Positions 38,291 through 39,118 of a stretch of DNA of 39,118 bases are shown piece by piece. Numbering within the stretch: position 1 is the stretch's first letter; every line of letters starts with the position of its first letter. This DNA is from Escherichia phage KKE5P. The notes under the pieces are model-generated. The model did no database searches, was not told where the DNA came from, and worked only from the letters and a program-made list of their open reading frames with translations. The stretch lies in sequence record PQ356293.1; one strand, 5' to 3'. Both the position numbers and the translations under genes were made by a program.

Positions 38291-39118
38291 AGGTAAATCT
38301 CCTTGTCAATAAAGTTGTACTCATTGAACCGCAGGATGCGCGCCATCTGGCCTTGCTTGATAACATCCTCTTCGGTCATGCCAGCCTTAGCACCAATGGA
38401 CTTAATGCAGTCCCAGAGCGTCTCATGTGGCTCAGGGTCGCGTTTAACCCACTTAGTGACCTCTTGCCCTTTGTTCTTCCCAGACTTAAGCACAGAGGTC
38501 TTAGGCTCGGTAATGAACGGGTTATTCAGGAAGTCCTCGGCAGTATCACCCCACCCCGCAATCCCTGAGTAACCATCGGTGATGTCACCCTTGATTGTCT
38601 GGAATAGATGCCACCAGTCAGCGGACTCTTCGGTCTGAGTCAGGATGTTACCAGTTGTACACCACAGGAAGTCGCAGTTAGGGATGGTCTTAAAGTCCTT
38701 ATCGCACGAGATGATTACAGCCTTACGAGCACCGAATGCAGACGGATTGGAAGCAATTACTCCCATAACGTCATCACCCTCAAGCATAGGCTCACGGATG
38801 CAATAGAACTCTTCGCGCTCAAAGAGGGCCTCAAGGAACTCAAAGTAACCTACAGGTTTCTTGGTGGCCTTACGGTTAGCCTTGTAGTTCGGGTCCACCA
38901 GTTCTTTGCGCCAGTTAACGCTATCTGTGAACGCAAGGACAATCGGAGCACCTACCCAAGCCTTCTTGCGGGTCTCATAGGACTTGATGGAATCCTCAAG
39001 AATCTGACGGGCCTTAGCGTGGTCACAGCAGCGGTGCCAAATCTCTTCCTCCCATGAGGCATCAAACTCAGCAGCACTCATCGCTTGGAAGACCAGCCAG
39101 TCTCCGTCCATCACGAGG
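38278..39118 (-). CDS. 6: Exonuclease gp6, C-terminal 280 codons (N-terminus runs off window end; see 1..189)
   Basis: ...MDGDWLVFQAMSAAEFDASWEEEIWHRCCDHAKARQILEDSIKSYETRKKAW... matches T7 gp6 to the C-terminus. Confidence 0.95.
   Translation of the reverse strand, partial: LVMDGDWLVFQAMSAAEFDASWEEEIWHRCCDHAKARQILEDSIKSYETRKKAWVGAPIVLAFTDSVNWRKELVDPNYKANRKATKKPVGYFEFLEALFEREEFYCIREPMLEGDDVMGVIASNPSAFGARKAVIISCDKDFKTIPNCDFLWCTTGNILTQTEESADWWHLFQTIKGDITDGYSGIAGWGDTAEDFLNNPFITEPKTSVLKSGKNKGQEVTKWVKRDPEPHETLWDCIKSIGAKAGMTEEDVIKQGQMARILRFNEYNFIDKEIYLWRP

Noticed and set aside
38181-38366. Minus-strand 61-aa ORF overlapping the gene 6 end
   Set aside because: Different frame from the 37-aa gp6.3-like ORF, which has a proper SD; this one sits in an alternate frame of gene 6
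38992-39118. 127-bp direct repeat at the window ends as a possible biological terminal repeat
   Set aside because: It lies inside the gene 6 coding sequence and joining across it restores an intact gene; the genuine terminal-repeat region is near 17330..17490

Overview
The window is essentially one complete genome of a T7-like podophage (Teseptimavirus-type), written as the reverse complement: every credible gene is on the minus strand and all plus-strand ORFs in the track are antisense shadows. Identification rests on the translated ORFs, which I recognise as the T7 proteins (RNA polymerase, DNA polymerase, primase-helicase, ligase, capsid, portal, tail, core and terminase proteins), and on 17 T7-RNAP promoters read directly from the sequence. 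No database search was run; all comparisons to T7 are from memory. The sequence is circularly permuted: bases 1..127 are identical to 38992..39118 and the break falls inside gene 6, so the unique length is about 38,991 bp. The physical genome ends (terminal repeat flanked by CCTAAAG heptamer arrays) lie near 17330..17490. Gene order on the minus strand, reading down from about 17487, is early region (A1-A3 promoters, 0.3 ocr, 0.4-0.7, gene 1), DNA metabolism (1.1 to 6, wrapping through the window start), then morphogenesis and lysis (6.5 to 19.5). Departures from the T7 gene map that deserve attention: (1) two translationally coupled ORFs (68 aa and an acidic 130 aa) in the slot where T7 carries gp5.9, a candidate anti-defence locus; (2) a tail fibre with a T7-like N-terminus but a longer, divergent distal part; (3) a 42-bp tandem duplication in the ocr acidic tail; (4) an extra 66-aa early ORF bracketed by two near-identical RNase III-type hairpins; (5) apparent absence of genes 1.4, 3.8, 7 and 7.7 and a shortened 1.7. 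No tRNA, rRNA, CRISPR array or integrase/transposase was seen.
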